Assembly: GCF_004010195.1 (NCBI RefSeq)
Contig: NC_057754.1
Span: 161,981-181,980 of the forward strand
From: Chiloscyllium plagiosum
Taxonomy: Eukaryota
DNA: 20,000 bases
Direction: 5' to 3'
Made by a program: the position numbers and the translations under genes. A model generated the notes under the pieces. It made no database searches. It had not been told where the DNA came from and saw nothing but the letters and a program-made list of their open reading frames with translations. Below are positions 18,558-20,000 of the stretch, in pieces. How positions within the stretch are numbered: the first letter of the stretch is position 1; each line of letters starts with the position of its first letter.

Positions 18558-19650
18558 CTCGCCCGTCCCGGTCCTCCCTGTGGATTGAATCCAGGATCAA
18601 GTGGAGAGACTGTGGAGTGAGGGTTCTGCTGGGATTCCGGACTCTTGGCTTGGAGCTGCTGGCCTGCTGGTGCCAGGCTGTTCCACACGGCGGCTTGGCC
18701 TCTTGGTTCTTGGAGAGGAGATCAAAAACGGTCAGCCCCCCATGGTCGGGCACACCCCTCCCTGGGCCCTCTGACCAGCCGATCCTCATGGCACCCTGCA
18801 GTTGGCTCTTCGTGAATTCCACCAGATTGCGACAGTCCAGGATAACAGCTGATTGCTGCTGGACTTTGGTGCTGCCCATCTTCTTGGCCAGCTCCTCTGG
18901 CCAGATGGTGTGGGCATTGTAGTCATCCTCCTCCTTCTTGTCATCTGCCTCCTCCACCTTGCTGGCCTTGGAGCCCCGGGGGTTGAAGGTCACTATGGGG
19001 TCACTGCTGCAGAAACTGCAAGAGGAGCTGACAGACCTTAGGGAGGGGTCGCAGGTGAGGCAGCTGATGGCCCGCAGGCTTGGCAAGCAGCCCACTCTCC
19101 GGAGAGCCGGCCCACAGCCCAGGGTCCTGAGGCCAGCTCTGCATGACAGGCAGGAGCTGGAGACCGGCTCATCACGGCTCACCAACTTCCAGCAGCCCCA
19201 GCAGCTGCCCCTCAGAGGCTTCATGGCACTGAGGCAGGACGGCATGGGGCTAGGCAGGCAGGCACCCCCACGCGCTTGGGATGCCCCGTGCCTCTCCTCC
19301 AAAGGACTGTCCCTCTCCCTGAGGCCGGGCTGCTGACCAACCAAGGAAGCCTTCCTCAGGGACCTGAAGGAGAGCTGCAAGCTGTCCACGTCTTGTGGGG
19401 GCAGGCCTACGGAGACCCTAATATCCAGTGGCGGGCTATCCACTGACTTTGGGCTGAACTGCCTGCTGCTCTCAGCCTGTGCCTGTGCCTTCTCCAGCCC
19501 CAGAACCTGGTCTGTAATCTCAGGGCTGTCCAGGCTGGGGGACAGATGGGTCCTCCCCACACGTGCTGTCTTGTTGAGATGCAGTGCTAGTGTCCGGGGC
19601 CTTTGCAGTACCTGAACCACCAGCCGTTCATCAAAGAGAGAAGGAGGCAT
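18558..19650 (-). CDS. DUSP10-like: DUSP10/MKP5-like MAP kinase phosphatase, first coding exon (N-terminal extension, Cys-rich region, degenerate rhodanese domain)
   Basis: Starts MPPSLFDERLVV..RPRTLAL (cf. recalled DUSP10 MPPSPLDDRVVV..RPQDLNL). Later TIWPEELAKKM, VILDCR, QGAMRI, TVFDLLS, PSRTLTPQSLHLILDSIHRE match the DUSP10 rhodanese region. Donor CGAG|GTAAGG at 18558/18557; 1093 nt, phase 1. An in-frame upstream ATG at 19800 leaves the true start uncertain. Confidence 0.88.
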
Positions 19651-20000
19651 TGGAGATTGCAGAGAGAGAGAGAGACAGAGGGAGGGAGGGAGGAGGAGTA
19701 AGGGTTGCGGGGGGCTGGGGGTGGGGGAGCAGAGCCAGGCGGCAGGATGAATGCACAATGAAGACTGACTGATGCAGACACACAGCAATCCCCGGCTCAT
19801 TGCAGCAGTGACTGACTCACAGCAACATTCCCAGCCCCCGCTCCTCTGAGGCGGCAGCTCATTGCAAATCCCCCTGGAATGTACCCGGGCGGCCTCTTGT
19901 GCAAAAACAGAGACAGAGGTAGCGGGAGGAACTGGGGATGGGGCTGCCCGGGCGAGGGGGACGGCACGGGCAAGGATCTGCAGCCAGCTGGGGGGGGGTG
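19651..20000 (-). promoter_or_regulatory. GC/CpG-rich 5' leader or promoter-proximal region of the DUSP10-like gene
   Basis: Repeat-free and CpG-enriched toward the window end; AP-1 motif TGACTCA at 19813-19819; long pyrimidine tract immediately before the ATG at 19650. Confidence 0.45.

Noticed and set aside
12155..19650. DUSP10 pseudogene
   Set aside because: The 573-codon spliced frame has no stops or frameshifts, splice sites are canonical, and catalytic residues are intact.

Overview
Vertebrate genomic DNA. The repeat landscape (CR1/HER1-like LINEs, HE1/V-SINEs, Deu-type SINE, Penelope-like elements, a ~70-bp satellite) points to a cartilaginous fish, probably a shark. One protein-coding gene lies on the minus strand: three coding exons (19650-18558, 13619-13260, 12420-12155; 1719 nt, 572 aa; both introns GT-AG, phase 1) encode a DUSP10/MKP5-family MAP-kinase phosphatase, with a predicted ~2.2-kb 3'UTR ending near 9890. 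Its catalytic domain is intact and very DUSP10-like. The N-terminal half is unusual: it keeps a JIP1-type RPxxLxL motif, its rhodanese/KIM domain has decayed (RRR->RGV, IVYD and LxGG lost), and it has a Cys-rich repeat with four CxxC pairs. This suggests a divergent paralogue rather than canonical DUSP10. An intact tRNA-Thr(TGT) gene lies at 5726-5798 (+). The rest is mostly decayed transposons: a multi-level nest (SINE > Rex/Babar LINE > solo LTR and V-SINE) and five Penelope-like remnants. Four of these carry minimal hammerhead-ribozyme cores, two form ~200-bp palindromes with target-site duplications, and one has an apparent compensatory C3-G8 -> U3-A8 core change. All family assignments rest on recalled motifs; no searches were run.
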